DNA of 53,859 nucleotides from Bacteroidota bacterium (GTDB lineage: Bacteria; Bacteroidota; Bacteroidia; Chitinophagales; BACL12): positions 1 to 53,859 of the forward strand of contig JANMLV010000224.1 in NCBI GenBank assembly GCA_031372705.1. Reading direction: 5' to 3'. The notes under the pieces are model-generated. The model had not been told where the DNA came from, searched no databases, and saw only the letters and a program-made list of their open reading frames with translations. Positions 38,652 to 49,519 of this stretch are shown here, one piece after another (the stretch's first letter is position 1; every line of letters begins with the position of its first letter). The position numbers and the translations under genes were made by a program.

Positions 38652-40766
38652 TTATTTAGAAACGCCCAAGCAATGCAACATAAATGTATACATAAATGCC
38701 ACTTCATTCACGCTTTCATATCTGCCCGATTGCCCGCCGTGACCGGCGTCCATATTTATTTTAAACAGCAATAAGTTATTATCAGTTTTTGTATAGCGCA
38801 ATTTCGCTACCCATTTAGTAGGCTCGAAATATTGAACCTGACTGTCGTTTAAACCGGTAGTTACTAATAAATTAGGATAGTTTTTTGCAGTAACATTATC
38901 ATAAGGTGAATAGCTCATCATATAATCGTATTGCTCCTTTATGGAAGGATTTCCCCACTCTAGCCATTCAAATGTTGTAAGAGGAATACTCTCATCTTCC
39001 ATAGTTGTAATAACATCCACATATGGAACATCAGCAATAATGCCATTATATAATTCCGGAGCCATATTTGCTATCGCACCCATTAATAATCCGCCGGCGC
39101 TTCCGCCATTCGCAAATAATTTATCTTTTGCAACATAATTATTATCAATTAAATATTTACTGCAATCAATAAAGTCATAAAAAGTATTTTTCTTGTTTAA
39201 CATCTTTCCATCATCATACCAAGCGCCACCCATTTCTTGTCCGCCGCGAATATGTGTATTGGCATAAATAAAACCTCGGTCTAACAAACTAAGTACATTG
39301 CTGTCAAAATAATCTTCATTGCTATAACCATATGAACCATAACCATAAATAAAGCCGGGTGCTGTTCCATCTTTTTTTACAGCATCTTTTCGATAAGCAA
39401 TTGTGAGCGGAACCATCTTACCGTCGCGCACTTTTACCATTATTCGCTCAGTAGTGTATTGTGTTTTATCATACCCACTCGGTATAACATCTTGCTTTAA
39501 AATAATTTTTGTATTTGTTGTAACATCATATTCATAAGTAGTAAAAGGTGTTATGAGCGATGAATATACAAACCGTATTTTATTCGTATTCGGCTCGGGA
39601 TTGGTGCTAATTGCAGCATAGTATCCCGGTTCATCAAACTGTATAAAATTATCTTTGCCTGTGCGCGAAATTATACGCAGTGTTGTTAACCCGTTGGCGC
39701 TTTCCTGAGCAACAAAAAAATCATTAAAATAAGTAACACCTTCTAAAAATACATTATCGCGTGCAGGTATTACATCAACCCAATTTTCTTTCGCAGGATT
39801 TGCAATCTTCACTGTGCAGAGCCTGTAATTTTTGGCATTGTAATTTGTTTTTATCGAAAACTCGCCGCCGGTTATGTGATCAGCAAAATAATTGAGATTA
39901 GCAATAAGTGGTTCAATAGTAATAAAATTGCCGGGATTAGTTCCATCAGTATATTTAATTATTGACGCATCAGTTCTGCCTAAGTATGCAAAAATGTAAT
40001 CGTTACTTCTGCTTTGGTAAATAAAAATATCTAAGGTTTCATCATCTTCCTGCAAAAGCAAAATATCATCAGCAACCCGACTTCCAATTACATGTTTCTT
40101 TACTTGATTTACACGAAGCGTTTCCTTATCAGGAACACCATATATTATTGATTTATCATCTTTCGACCACAAACAACCATTTCGAGTATCTTTAATTTCA
40201 TCACCTAACCATTCACCTGTGGTTAAATTTTTAATTTTGATATTGTAAAAATTCCTGCCATCTGCATCGGCAATAATGCAAACTTTTGTATGGTCATGAC
40301 TAACTTCAATGTTGAAACTCAAAAATTCATGGCCTTTAGCTAAATCGTTCCCATTAATAATGATTTCCTCTTTAGCCTCAAGTGAACCTTTTTTTCTGCA
40401 ATAAATAGGGTATTCTCCACCCTTTTCGTACCTGGAGTAGTAAAAAAATTCTCCCTTTTTATAAGGAACACTCTGCTCATCCTCCTCAATTCTGCCAACC
40501 ATTTCCTTAAAAAGTTGTTTTTGCAACCCTTCAGTTGGTTCCATAACCTCCTTTAAGTAAGCATTTTCAGCTTCCAAATGGGCAATTACCTGCTTATCCT
40601 CTCGGTTTTTCATCCAATAGTAAGGATCTTCACGGTCACCAAAACTGCCATTTATTACATGTGGAATACGTGCAGCAGCCGGCGGCTGTGGTGCATGGTG
40701 TTGAGCTAAAATCGCTGTTCCAAACAGGTTTAGCAGCAAAACAATAAGTATGTTCAACTTTTTCAT
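38652..40766 (-). CDS. ptrB: Oligopeptidase B (S9A), exported
   Basis: DPYYWM, LEAENAY, YGYGSYG, RGGQEMG, GGSAGGLL, D-SQV-YFEP, AGHGG; signal peptide from MKKLNIL. Confidence 0.95.
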   Translation of the reverse strand: MKKLNILIVLLLNLFGTAILAQHHAPQPPAAARIPHVINGSFGDREDPYYWMKNREDKQVIAHLEAENAYLKEVMEPTEGLQKQLFKEMVGRIEEDEQSVPYKKGEFFYYSRYEKGGEYPIYCRKKGSLEAKEEIIINGNDLAKGHEFLSFNIEVSHDHTKVCIIADADGRNFYNIKIKNLTTGEWLGDEIKDTRNGCLWSKDDKSIIYGVPDKETLRVNQVKKHVIGSRVADDILLLQEDDETLDIFIYQSRSNDYIFAYLGRTDASIIKYTDGTNPGNFITIEPLIANLNYFADHITGGEFSIKTNYNAKNYRLCTVKIANPAKENWVDVIPARDNVFLEGVTYFNDFFVAQESANGLTTLRIISRTGKDNFIQFDEPGYYAAISTNPEPNTNKIRFVYSSLITPFTTYEYDVTTNTKIILKQDVIPSGYDKTQYTTERIMVKVRDGKMVPLTIAYRKDAVKKDGTAPGFIYGYGSYGYSNEDYFDSNVLSLLDRGFIYANTHIRGGQEMGGAWYDDGKMLNKKNTFYDFIDCSKYLIDNNYVAKDKLFANGGSAGGLLMGAIANMAPELYNGIIADVPYVDVITTMEDESIPLTTFEWLEWGNPSIKEQYDYMMSYSPYDNVTAKNYPNLLVTTGLNDSQVQYFEPTKWVAKLRYTKTDNNLLLFKINMDAGHGGQSGRYESVNEVAFMYTFMLHCLGVSK

Positions 40767-40895
40767 GCCCGAAATATACATGTTTATTAAAATCGTATTC
40801 TTCAACCCTGTCACAAATCAACTATTTTTTTTACCGTTTTTTGCCTATAGTTAAAGTGAAATGCTTTACTTTAGCGACCGACTAAACCTAAAACT

Positions 40896-43800
40896 ATGCG
40901 GAAATATCTACTCCTGACTATTGTTTCCTTTGCTACCATGCAGTTGTTTGGACAAGGGCGCAACATTACAGGGAAAATTACAGATGCTGACAATGGCGAA
41001 TACCTGCCGGGTGTTACAATTTTACTTGAGGGAACCCAAAATGGTACTATAAGTGACATTGACGGTAAATACAATATCATGGTGCCTGAAACCGGCGCTA
41101 CACTTGTATTTTCGTTTGTTGGTTACGAAACTCAAAAGATATTGATTGGAACAAAGAACGTGCTTTACGTTTCATTGAAAATGTCACAAGAAATACTGGA
41201 AGAGGTAGTTGTTGTGGGATACGGAACAGAGGTTAAAACAAAAGTAACGGGAAGTATATCTGAAATTAAAGCTGATCAAATCGCTTTAACGCCTGTGTCA
41301 ACTGTTGAGCAAACCCTTCAAGGTAAGGCTGCAGGGTTATTTATTGAGGCAAATAACGGGAAAGTTGGTGGAGATGTAAAAATCCGCATTAGAGGTTCAT
41401 CTTCAATAAATGCAAGCAATCAACCATTAATTATTGTTGATGGTATTCCGATTAATACGGTAGCTGTAAATGATTACTTCAACGTTTATTTAAATCCATT
41501 AAATGATATCGATTTTAATGATATAGCCAGTGTAGAGGTGTTAAAAGATGCTTCGGCAAGTGCCATTTATGGTTCACGCGGAGCAAATGGTGTAATTATT
41601 ATTACAACTAAAAGAGGAAAAGCAGGTAAAGCGAAAATTACACTCGATTATCAGCAAGGTTTTAGTAAACCAACTCGTTTACGCGAATTTTTAAATGCTG
41701 AAGAATATATTGATTACTACACAGAAGCTGCTATTAACGGCGGAACATACGATTTTAATAACGGCATCAGCGGTTATAGTACTGTTGAAGAAGCAGTCGC
41801 AGATTATATTGAAGATGTAGAGAAAAAATTTGACCGCCTTGCCGGATATTCAGATTGGAGAAACGACTACGTGAATACCGATTGGCAGTCACAAGCTTTT
41901 CAAGATGCTACTTCCGGTATGCTCGATTTTTCGGTTTCAGGTGGAACAGATAAAATGCAATATTTTACCAGTCTTGGTTATTCTAGTCAAGAAGGTATCA
42001 TGATAGGTAATTATGGCGATCGTTTCAATATTCTTAATAATATTGATGCACAATTGACAGAAAAATTGAAGATGAGTTTAAACCTTAACCTAAGTCGTTC
42101 AATTAACAACGATATTCCGGATGATAATTCATTTTCTACCCCATTGCAAATGGTTGCCCAATCGCCGCTTACACCGCCAATTGATACAGCAACGGGCGAA
42201 TATTATAATACGCCAACTACATTATATTACAATCCGTTAATTGAAATAGATAACGTGTTTTTTGAAAGCACAACTTTCAGAACACTCGGTAACTTAACGG
42301 CAGAATATCAATTATTTAAGGTATTAGCATTAAGAGCTGAATTAGGTGGCGATATTACTAATCACAATCAAGAACGTTTTTACGGCAGTAAAAGCGAAGT
42401 AGGTTTATCGGTAGGTGGTTATGGAACAAGTTATAATTCCGGCGTCCAATATTTAGATACTAAATTTTTATTGTTGTATAACCAAAAATTTGGTAAAAAT
42501 TCACTTGCTGCTACCGGTGGTGTAGAGTTTAATCAATATGACGACTTTTATAACTCAGTTGAAGGTCAAGGATTTCCTAATGATAAATTACAAACACTTG
42601 CCTCCGCAGCAGAAATAGTAGCCGGTACATCAGTTGTTTCGTATTACAGATTTTTATCTTATTTCACCCGCGTTACCTATGATTATGATACACGCTATTT
42701 ATTAAATCTTACTGTAAGAGCTGATGGTTCTTCTCGTTTTGGTGAAGAAAATCGATACGGCGTTTTCCCTTCAGCTTCGGCCGGATGGGTAATTTCAAAC
42801 GAAAGCTTCCTTAAATCAAGCAAAAAAGTTAGCTTGCTCAAACTCAGAGCCAGCTATGGTTACACAGGAAATGCAGGTATTGGAAATTTCGATTATAAAG
42901 GTTTATACGGTATCGGCGCTTATGCAGGAACTTCATCAATCTATCCTTCAACAATTGCTAACCCTGAATTAACTTGGGAAAAAACAGCGCAATTTGATAT
43001 CGGTTTCGATTTCGGATTCTTTAATGATCGCTTATCAGGTGAAATAGATTATTATATTAAAAATACTACCGACTTATTACTCGATGTTCCTGTTCCGGCT
43101 ACTACAGGTTATGCAGTGCAAACGCAAAACGTAGGTAGCCTCGAGAATAAAGGATTTGAATTTGTAATTAATTCCGACAACTTTGTTGGCAACTTTAAGT
43201 GGAGCACTAGTTTTAACTTCTCAATAAATAGAAATAAAATAACTGAACTTGCAAATGGTCAGGAACTTATCGACTTAGGTGGAAGCGATTTCATGAATGT
43301 TATTATGGTAGGTCAGCCACTTGGTGTATTTTATGGCGCTGAGTATGCAGGAGTTGATCCTGATAATGGCGATGGATTATTTTACGTAAATGATGAAGGC
43401 GGCGGAATTGAAACCACAAACGATTTCAACCTTGCTAATTATGTAGTTGTTGGCGACCCGAATCCTGATTTTTTTTCCGGTATCACAAATAATTTATCTT
43501 ACAAAAATGTAGGTCTCGATTTTGTTTTCCAAGGTGTTTATGGTAACGATGTAAACTTGCAAGGCGATTATTGGATGAGCTCAAATGCAAGTCAATACGA
43601 TAATCAAACTGCTGACCAACTGGATGCATGGGAAAATGTGGGCGACGATACAGACATTCCTGAAAACAGATTGTTATTCGCAAACGGAACAGAATCGCGC
43701 TCAAGCAGATACCTGTCAGATGCATCATACCTTAGATTAAAAACAGTTACTTTAAGTTATACTATACCTGAAAAGCTTACAACTAAAATGAATATGACTT

Positions 43801-43970
43801 CATTAAGATTATATGCTTCAGGTTATAACCTTTATACATTTACTAATTATCGTGGATGGGATCCGGAAGTTTCTACCGATTCATTTACCGATAATGTATT
43901 TTATGGAATCGATTTTTACAGCGCTCCACAACCTAAAACAATTGTATTTGGTGTTAGCATAGCGCTTTAA
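40896..43970 (+). CDS. susC: SusC/RagA TonB-dependent transporter
   Basis: CarboxypepD-like N-terminus, VVVVGYG, IRIRGSSS, LKDASASAIYGSRGANGVIIITTKRG, DGSSRFG, LTWEKT. Confidence 0.97.
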   Translation: MRKYLLLTIVSFATMQLFGQGRNITGKITDADNGEYLPGVTILLEGTQNGTISDIDGKYNIMVPETGATLVFSFVGYETQKILIGTKNVLYVSLKMSQEILEEVVVVGYGTEVKTKVTGSISEIKADQIALTPVSTVEQTLQGKAAGLFIEANNGKVGGDVKIRIRGSSSINASNQPLIIVDGIPINTVAVNDYFNVYLNPLNDIDFNDIASVEVLKDASASAIYGSRGANGVIIITTKRGKAGKAKITLDYQQGFSKPTRLREFLNAEEYIDYYTEAAINGGTYDFNNGISGYSTVEEAVADYIEDVEKKFDRLAGYSDWRNDYVNTDWQSQAFQDATSGMLDFSVSGGTDKMQYFTSLGYSSQEGIMIGNYGDRFNILNNIDAQLTEKLKMSLNLNLSRSINNDIPDDNSFSTPLQMVAQSPLTPPIDTATGEYYNTPTTLYYNPLIEIDNVFFESTTFRTLGNLTAEYQLFKVLALRAELGGDITNHNQERFYGSKSEVGLSVGGYGTSYNSGVQYLDTKFLLLYNQKFGKNSLAATGGVEFNQYDDFYNSVEGQGFPNDKLQTLASAAEIVAGTSVVSYYRFLSYFTRVTYDYDTRYLLNLTVRADGSSRFGEENRYGVFPSASAGWVISNESFLKSSKKVSLLKLRASYGYTGNAGIGNFDYKGLYGIGAYAGTSSIYPSTIANPELTWEKTAQFDIGFDFGFFNDRLSGEIDYYIKNTTDLLLDVPVPATTGYAVQTQNVGSLENKGFEFVINSDNFVGNFKWSTSFNFSINRNKITELANGQELIDLGGSDFMNVIMVGQPLGVFYGAEYAGVDPDNGDGLFYVNDEGGGIETTNDFNLANYVVVGDPNPDFFSGITNNLSYKNVGLDFVFQGVYGNDVNLQGDYWMSSNASQYDNQTADQLDAWENVGDDTDIPENRLLFANGTESRSSRYLSDASYLRLKTVTLSYTIPEKLTTKMNMTSLRLYASGYNLYTFTNYRGWDPEVSTDSFTDNVFYGIDFYSAPQPKTIVFGVSIAL

Positions 43971-44007
43971 TGATTTAAAAGATTAAGTGTTTTTAAAAAA
44001 AGAAATT

Positions 44008-45348
44008 ATGAAAAAATCATTATATCAATATTTAATTCTCGGATGTGCAATTGTTGCTGCACCTTCGTGTAAAGATTACTTAGATCTAGAACCTGCGCAA
44101 AGTTTAAGTAACGAAACTGCACTAGATAACGACTTGGGCGTAAAACAAGCACTTATTGGCGCATATGATAATATGTCACAAACATCGCTCCTAGGCGGCG
44201 AATTAATGCGTAATTCCGAATTATATGGTGCCGATGGCGAAATAGTTTGGGTTGGCACTTACACTGCACCACGCGAAATTTACAATCGCGATATTCTTGT
44301 AACCAATGGAGATGTTTCCGGTTTATGGACAGATGCATATGAAGTGATTAATGCATGCAATGGTGTTATCAATGCAATCAGCGTTGTTGAACCCGATGAT
44401 CAAAATCGTGTTAAAGGTGAAGCGCTTGCATTAAGAGGTTGGGCACATTTTGAACTTACAAGGATGTTCGGACAACAATATGAAGTGGGTAGCGATAACA
44501 CACAATTAGGCGTTCCACTTATTTTACTGCCAACATTGGCAGTTGGCGATAATGTTGATGTGGTAAGAAATACAGTAGAAGAATGTTATACCCAAGTTAT
44601 TGCTGACCTCACAGAAGCAGAAAGCTTACTTCCTGAGTCAAACGATGAATATATTAATAAATATGTTGCAGCTGCATTGTTGGCACGCGTTTACTTGCAA
44701 AAAGAAGATTACACTGCTGCCCGCGATGCTGCAAATCGTGTAATTGCTTCTAACGACTTTGCTTTGAATACCAATTTTGCCGATGCATTTGCGCAAGATA
44801 ACTCAACCAACGAAGATGTTTTCAGCTTAGAAAATTCTGAACTCGATAACAGCAATGTAATGGTAACTTATTTCGCAATAAACGATTTTGGTGGTCGTGC
44901 AGATATTGAAATTCAACCTGAACATTTAGCTTTATACGATATTGCTGATGCAAGAAGTTTAATGTTTTTGGTTGATGGTGATGCCACTTATACTACTAAA
45001 TATAATAACGAATTTGGTAATTTAAGTATCATTCGAATTGCTGAAATGTACTTAATTCGCGCCGAATGTAACGCACGTTTAGGTTCAGCAATTGGTTCAA
45101 GTCCGGTTGATGATTATAATATGGTACATACCAGAGCAGGTTTGCCTGCAGCAACCGATGTTGCCTTAGATGATATTTTATTGGAACGCCACCTCGAACT
45201 TGCTTTCGAAGGTTTTAAAGTACATGAAATAAAACGTTTAAAAGGAACTAGCGGTGTAATGAACTACAACGACCCTAAAATGATTTATCCAATTCCGCTT
45301 TCCGAAATTGAAATCAATCCATTGTTGGTGCAAAATCCCGGATATTGA
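44008..45348 (+). CDS. susD: SusD/RagB lipoprotein
   Basis: Lipobox APSC, GEALALRG, AALLARVYL, IRIAEMYLIRAE, ELAFEG, PIP..E...NP...QNPGY. Confidence 0.96.
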   Translation: MKKSLYQYLILGCAIVAAPSCKDYLDLEPAQSLSNETALDNDLGVKQALIGAYDNMSQTSLLGGELMRNSELYGADGEIVWVGTYTAPREIYNRDILVTNGDVSGLWTDAYEVINACNGVINAISVVEPDDQNRVKGEALALRGWAHFELTRMFGQQYEVGSDNTQLGVPLILLPTLAVGDNVDVVRNTVEECYTQVIADLTEAESLLPESNDEYINKYVAAALLARVYLQKEDYTAARDAANRVIASNDFALNTNFADAFAQDNSTNEDVFSLENSELDNSNVMVTYFAINDFGGRADIEIQPEHLALYDIADARSLMFLVDGDATYTTKYNNEFGNLSIIRIAEMYLIRAECNARLGSAIGSSPVDDYNMVHTRAGLPAATDVALDDILLERHLELAFEGFKVHEIKRLKGTSGVMNYNDPKMIYPIPLSEIEINPLLVQNPGY

Positions 45349-45383
45349 TTAAATCCTTCAAGATTTATTAATTGGCACTTTTT

Positions 45384-45420
45384 AAGCACGAATCAACGAA
45401 TATTGATTCGTGCTTTTCTT
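45384..45420 (+). terminator. Intrinsic terminator after susD
   Basis: AAGCACGAATCAA-cgaata-TTGATTCGTGCTT followed by a T-rich tail. Confidence 0.85.
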
Positions 45421-45673
45421 TTAATCCTTTTGTGACACGATAACAAATGTCACAAACAGCCCTGCTAATGTCGATAGTTAGTGACAGGTAAAAAGTAACT
45501 GTAAAGTGATAAAAATGACCTTAGGGTGGTCAAATGAGCATAATTTTAAATTAGTTGGGGTGTTTTTGTGACATATCCTTGAGGTAAGTAAAGCGCTAAC
45601 TTTTTTTCAATTTGCCTAATATGACTATATTTAGATTCACAATAAAATCAATTCACAATAAAAATTTGCCTAA

Positions 45674-46048
45674 ATGAAAAGATTAATTTTACCAGTACTT
45701 CTCGCAGCAGGTTTGCTTATCTCCGCACAGGGGTATGCACAGCAAGCAACTAAAGTTGAACCTGACTTCAACATTCAGTTAACTGAATCCATGTTGCAAC
45801 AAAAATTCATTCAATTGGATATTTCAGGATTGCAATTTAAAGATGAAGTTACAGCCCAGAAATTTTTCAAATCAATTGGAAACAACCTTGTAGAGTTCCG
45901 TCTCGATTACACGAGTAAAACTGCAATCATGATGTTGTATCCCGACAGACTTGGAAAATTCACATGGACTTTAGCAGATTGGAACGAATATGTTGGCAAT
46001 ATGTCTACACGTTGTTCTTCAACTTACTCTTCATTTTTAAACCAATAA
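45674..46048 (+). CDS. Hypothetical exported protein
   Basis: 124 aa, signal peptide ending AQGYAQ. Confidence 0.7.
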   Translation: MKRLILPVLLAAGLLISAQGYAQQATKVEPDFNIQLTESMLQQKFIQLDISGLQFKDEVTAQKFFKSIGNNLVEFRLDYTSKTAIMMLYPDRLGKFTWTLADWNEYVGNMSTRCSSTYSSFLNQ

Positions 46049-46063
46049 TCTAAAACTGATTCT

Positions 46064-47344
46064 ATGAAAAAATTTTATATAAAATGTTCAGCAGTTGCGG
46101 TACTTTTAATATGCACAGCAACATTAAGCAATGCCCAAATAGTTGGCGGCGTTTCTTATTTGAAAGGTAAATTTGTTGAAGTAGCAATTTCTGATTGCGG
46201 TACTTATACTTCAGGCGCTGAAGGTGTAACGCAAGCAGCTCCTGCCGGATACCACGAGAATACATTAGACGGTTCATTATCATTCGGAAATGATAGAAAT
46301 TCTGATGGATGGGACTTAGGTGTTCCTGATCAGTGTGGTGATTATATTATGCCGGGTTCTCCTGAAGATGGCTTTGCTATTCAAATGGGAGAAGGTACCG
46401 TTTATGGTAATATCCAGCCTTCTTGCTACAGTCCTACTTTGTTTGTTGCTAACGCACCTTCATTTGAAGGTTCAAACACTTTTAATTTAAATGCAGGCTC
46501 AGTTAGAAAAAGTATTTGGCAAGGCACAAATGCAGAATTAGGAATTGCAATCGCGCAGACTTCTTACTATTTAAATAAGAAACAAGCTATTCTTACCATT
46601 GTTGATATCTGCAATGGTGGTGACGATTTGTTTGACGTTTATTATGCAAGAAATTCAGACCCGGATAATGATCAAGTTACTACCGGCGACTTTACGACAA
46701 AAAATAATGCAGTTAAACAATATGCAACTGACGGATTTTCGCAAGTTTCTGCTGCCAGTAATTCAGGTTCTCCTTGCTACATGAGCTATGTAACAGGTGA
46801 TGCTCGTGGTAAAGTTTCAAGAGGCAATTTTTCAATGGGTGAGCCTTACGACATGTATAATGGATTAGCGGGGTATATTACCACTGCCGGTGCCGTTGCT
46901 GCTGATGAGGCTATTCAAGTTTCATTCAAAATTGATACTATTGTTAATAATGATTGCGCTTGTGTTGCATATAGCACAGTGTTAACTCCAACAGGTGTTA
47001 CAGAGCAAGTTGCATTAACCGGAACTGCTTGTGCTACTTTAGGAACACTCGCACGTTATGGCGACGATGTTGTTGCTGCTTACTTAGACGATCCAATCTA
47101 CTTCTTGAATAACGAAATGTTAGTGTATCCAAACCCTTCAAACGGTAACTTTACACTAAACTTGTTCGAAATTGAAGATGCAACAATTACAGTAGTTAAC
47201 ACTACAGGTCAAATTGTTTACACTGCAACAGGTGTTAGCAATTTCGCAGGTGTTACACTCGAAGATTTAACTCCGGGTTTATACTTTGTAAATGCTGCTT
47301 ATGGCGATGGTAAAGTAGTTACCAAGTCAGTAGTTATTGAATAA
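46064..47344 (+). CDS. T9SS-sorted protein of unknown function
   Basis: Signal peptide, Cys-containing beta-rich body, VYPNPSNG...LTPGLYFV...KSVVIE. Confidence 0.85.
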   Translation: MKKFYIKCSAVAVLLICTATLSNAQIVGGVSYLKGKFVEVAISDCGTYTSGAEGVTQAAPAGYHENTLDGSLSFGNDRNSDGWDLGVPDQCGDYIMPGSPEDGFAIQMGEGTVYGNIQPSCYSPTLFVANAPSFEGSNTFNLNAGSVRKSIWQGTNAELGIAIAQTSYYLNKKQAILTIVDICNGGDDLFDVYYARNSDPDNDQVTTGDFTTKNNAVKQYATDGFSQVSAASNSGSPCYMSYVTGDARGKVSRGNFSMGEPYDMYNGLAGYITTAGAVAADEAIQVSFKIDTIVNNDCACVAYSTVLTPTGVTEQVALTGTACATLGTLARYGDDVVAAYLDDPIYFLNNEMLVYPNPSNGNFTLNLFEIEDATITVVNTTGQIVYTATGVSNFAGVTLEDLTPGLYFVNAAYGDGKVVTKSVVIE

Positions 47345-47366
47345 CAACTTGCTGATTAATGTATTT

Positions 47367-47400
47367 AGTGCCTGATTAACTACAGTTAATCAGGCACTTT
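47367..47400 (+). terminator. Intrinsic terminator
   Basis: AGTGCCTGATTAACT / AGTTAATCAGGCACT 15-bp arms followed by T residues. Confidence 0.85.
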
Positions 47401-47515
47401 CATTTATTATTGTAAGGTATTGAGATTTCAGAGTGCATATTTAAATGATTGTAAAACATCTCCGTAATGATTATTTACTTAACTTCGCACCGCTTTTAAT
47501 ACTAAACCAAAAAAA

Positions 47516-49453
47516 ATGAAACTAATCAAACACACATTACTTCTCACGGTTATTCTGAGTGCGTTTACCACTTTTAATGCAAACGCCCAGTTATATACCT
47601 TCACTAACGATGAGTTAGGATTACCCGGAACTGTTGCTACCGGTGTTACAGCTTCGAGCCTTACACCTGTTAATGGTCCTGTGTTTATTAACGCTTGCGG
47701 CAGTGGATATAGCACCGACACCTGGAGCTTATCTACCGGTGCTTTCAGTACTGCTTTTTCCGCAATCCAATTAACCTTGACACCAACTGCGGGTTATAGC
47801 ATGACCATCACTCAAATGCAGTTTGACTTAGGTCGTAACCCACAAGGTCCAAGCAGAATGCGCTATGCATATAGCACAGATGGTGGTGCATCTTGGATCA
47901 ATAATGGAACCGATTATTCAGTGCCAAGTGGCTCATGTGGCTCCGGAACTACATTTATTTGGAACATGACTGATTTTACTTCAACATCAGCAGTTATTTT
48001 CCGTATTTATGGTTGGAATGCAGGCAATGTTAATGGTCAAGAAAGAAATTACAATGGTATTGTTGCAGGTTCGGCTTGTGCATTAACTGCATGGTATGCT
48101 GATGCAGATGGCGACGGATTTGGTAACCCAGCTGTTAGTACATTAGCTTGCAACGCACCTACAGGTTACGTAGCCAATAATACTGATTGTAATGATGCTA
48201 ACGCTTCAATAAAACCGAGTGCGACAGAAATTTGCAACTGAATTGATGATAATTGCAATGGTTCAATAGATGAAGGACTTACATTTGTTACCTATTATGC
48301 TGATGCAGATGGTGACGGTTACGGAAATCCTGCAGTAAGTGTAACTAGCTGTTCAGGTCCTCCTGCCGGTTATGTTGCCAACAACACAGATTGTAATGAT
48401 GCTAATGCCTCAATAAACCCGGGTGCTGCTGAAATTTGCAACGGAATTGATGATAATTGCAATGGTTCAATAGATGAAGGACTTACATTTGTTACTTACT
48501 ATGCCGACGCTGATGGCGATGGTTTTGGTGATGCAGGTACAAGTGTTACATCTTGCGCACCTGTAGCAGGTTATGTTTTAAATAATACCGATTGTGATGA
48601 TACACAAAACACTGTTTATCCCGGAGCAACCGAAATTTGCGATGGTTTAGATAATGATTGTGATGGTAGTATTGACGAAAATTTAGTGGTAGCAACAATT
48701 GCTCCTGCCGATTCTGCAATTACTTGTAAAGGTTTTCCTGTAACATTCTCTACAGAGCCTTGCGCAGGTTGCACTTACCAATGGTTCAAAAATGACAATC
48801 CATTACCGGGCGCTACAAGTGATACTTACAGCACAACTAAACCTGCTTATTATTCAGTTCAAGTAAACATTCCGGGCGGTTGCTTCGATGTTTCTGATTA
48901 CTCTTTATTAATCAGCGGATTTAATCCGAATGCTAATATTTACTATCCGAATGGCTTAAACTTATGTGCACCTTCGCCGGGAACTAATATCTTGGTTAAA
49001 GTTGGTTACACAGCTACAAATACTTATCAGTGGTACCAAGATGGTTTACCATTTGTTGGTGGTGGAGCTACAAGCTGGAAAATTTATCCTACAACTGCAG
49101 GAACTTACACTTGCTCAATCACTTCGATAGATGGTTGTAACCGTGTTACAGAGCCTGCTGTAGTAATTAACTCTTGCCGTATAGCAAATGAAACTGAAGC
49201 AACGTTGGCAGTTTATCCTAACCCTGCATCAAACAATTTTACAATTGATATGACAGTTGAAGAAAACATTGAAACTGCTCAAATCCAATTAGTAAATATG
49301 ATGGGTCAAATTGTAGCTAATGTATCTGCAACAGTTAATGGCGGTATATTAAATAATACAATTAATACAACTGATTTATCTTCAGGTATGTATCTTGTAA
49401 AAGTAATTACTGAATCAAAAGAATACAGCACTCAATTAATATTGAATAAATAA
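47516..49453 (+). pseudogene. T9SS-sorted surface protein with three MopE-like metal-binding repeats, interrupted by one in-frame TGA (48239-48241)
   Basis: ORFs 47516-48241 and 48686-49453 share a frame. Manual translation of 48242-48685 shows no further stop and continues the YADADGDGFG...DCND...EICNGIDDNCNG repeats. Joined product is 645 aa: signal peptide, repeats, Ig-like domains, VYPNPAS sorting domain. Confidence 0.85.
48227..48495 (+). repeat. 65-bp direct repeat, 204-bp period (48227-48291 and 48431-48495)
   Basis: 64/65 identical; the only mismatch is T48239 vs G48443. Confidence 0.95.
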
Positions 49454-49466
49454 TTAAAGTGTAAAC

Positions 49467-49501
49467 AAAAAAAACCGCATCTTTTTGATGCGGTTTTTTT
49501 T
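49467..49501. terminator. Bidirectional terminator
   Basis: A8-CCGCATC-ttttt-GATGCGG-T8 between convergent genes. Confidence 0.9.
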
Positions 49502-49519
49502 ATGCTTAATTTTTAGCAA

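Noticed and set aside
48239-48241. TGA as selenocysteine or as a genome-wide recoded codon (Gly/Trp)
   Set aside because: The position aligns with Gly, not Cys, in the sister repeats. TGA ends other genes at their expected C-termini (lipB 18093, M43 20412, susD 45348), so the standard code applies.
48060-48685. MopE-type repeats as a CRISPR array or a DGR template/variable repeat pair
   Set aside because: The repeats are in-frame coding units with a 204-bp period and no unique spacers. The single mismatch is not at an adenine, and no cas or reverse transcriptase gene is present.
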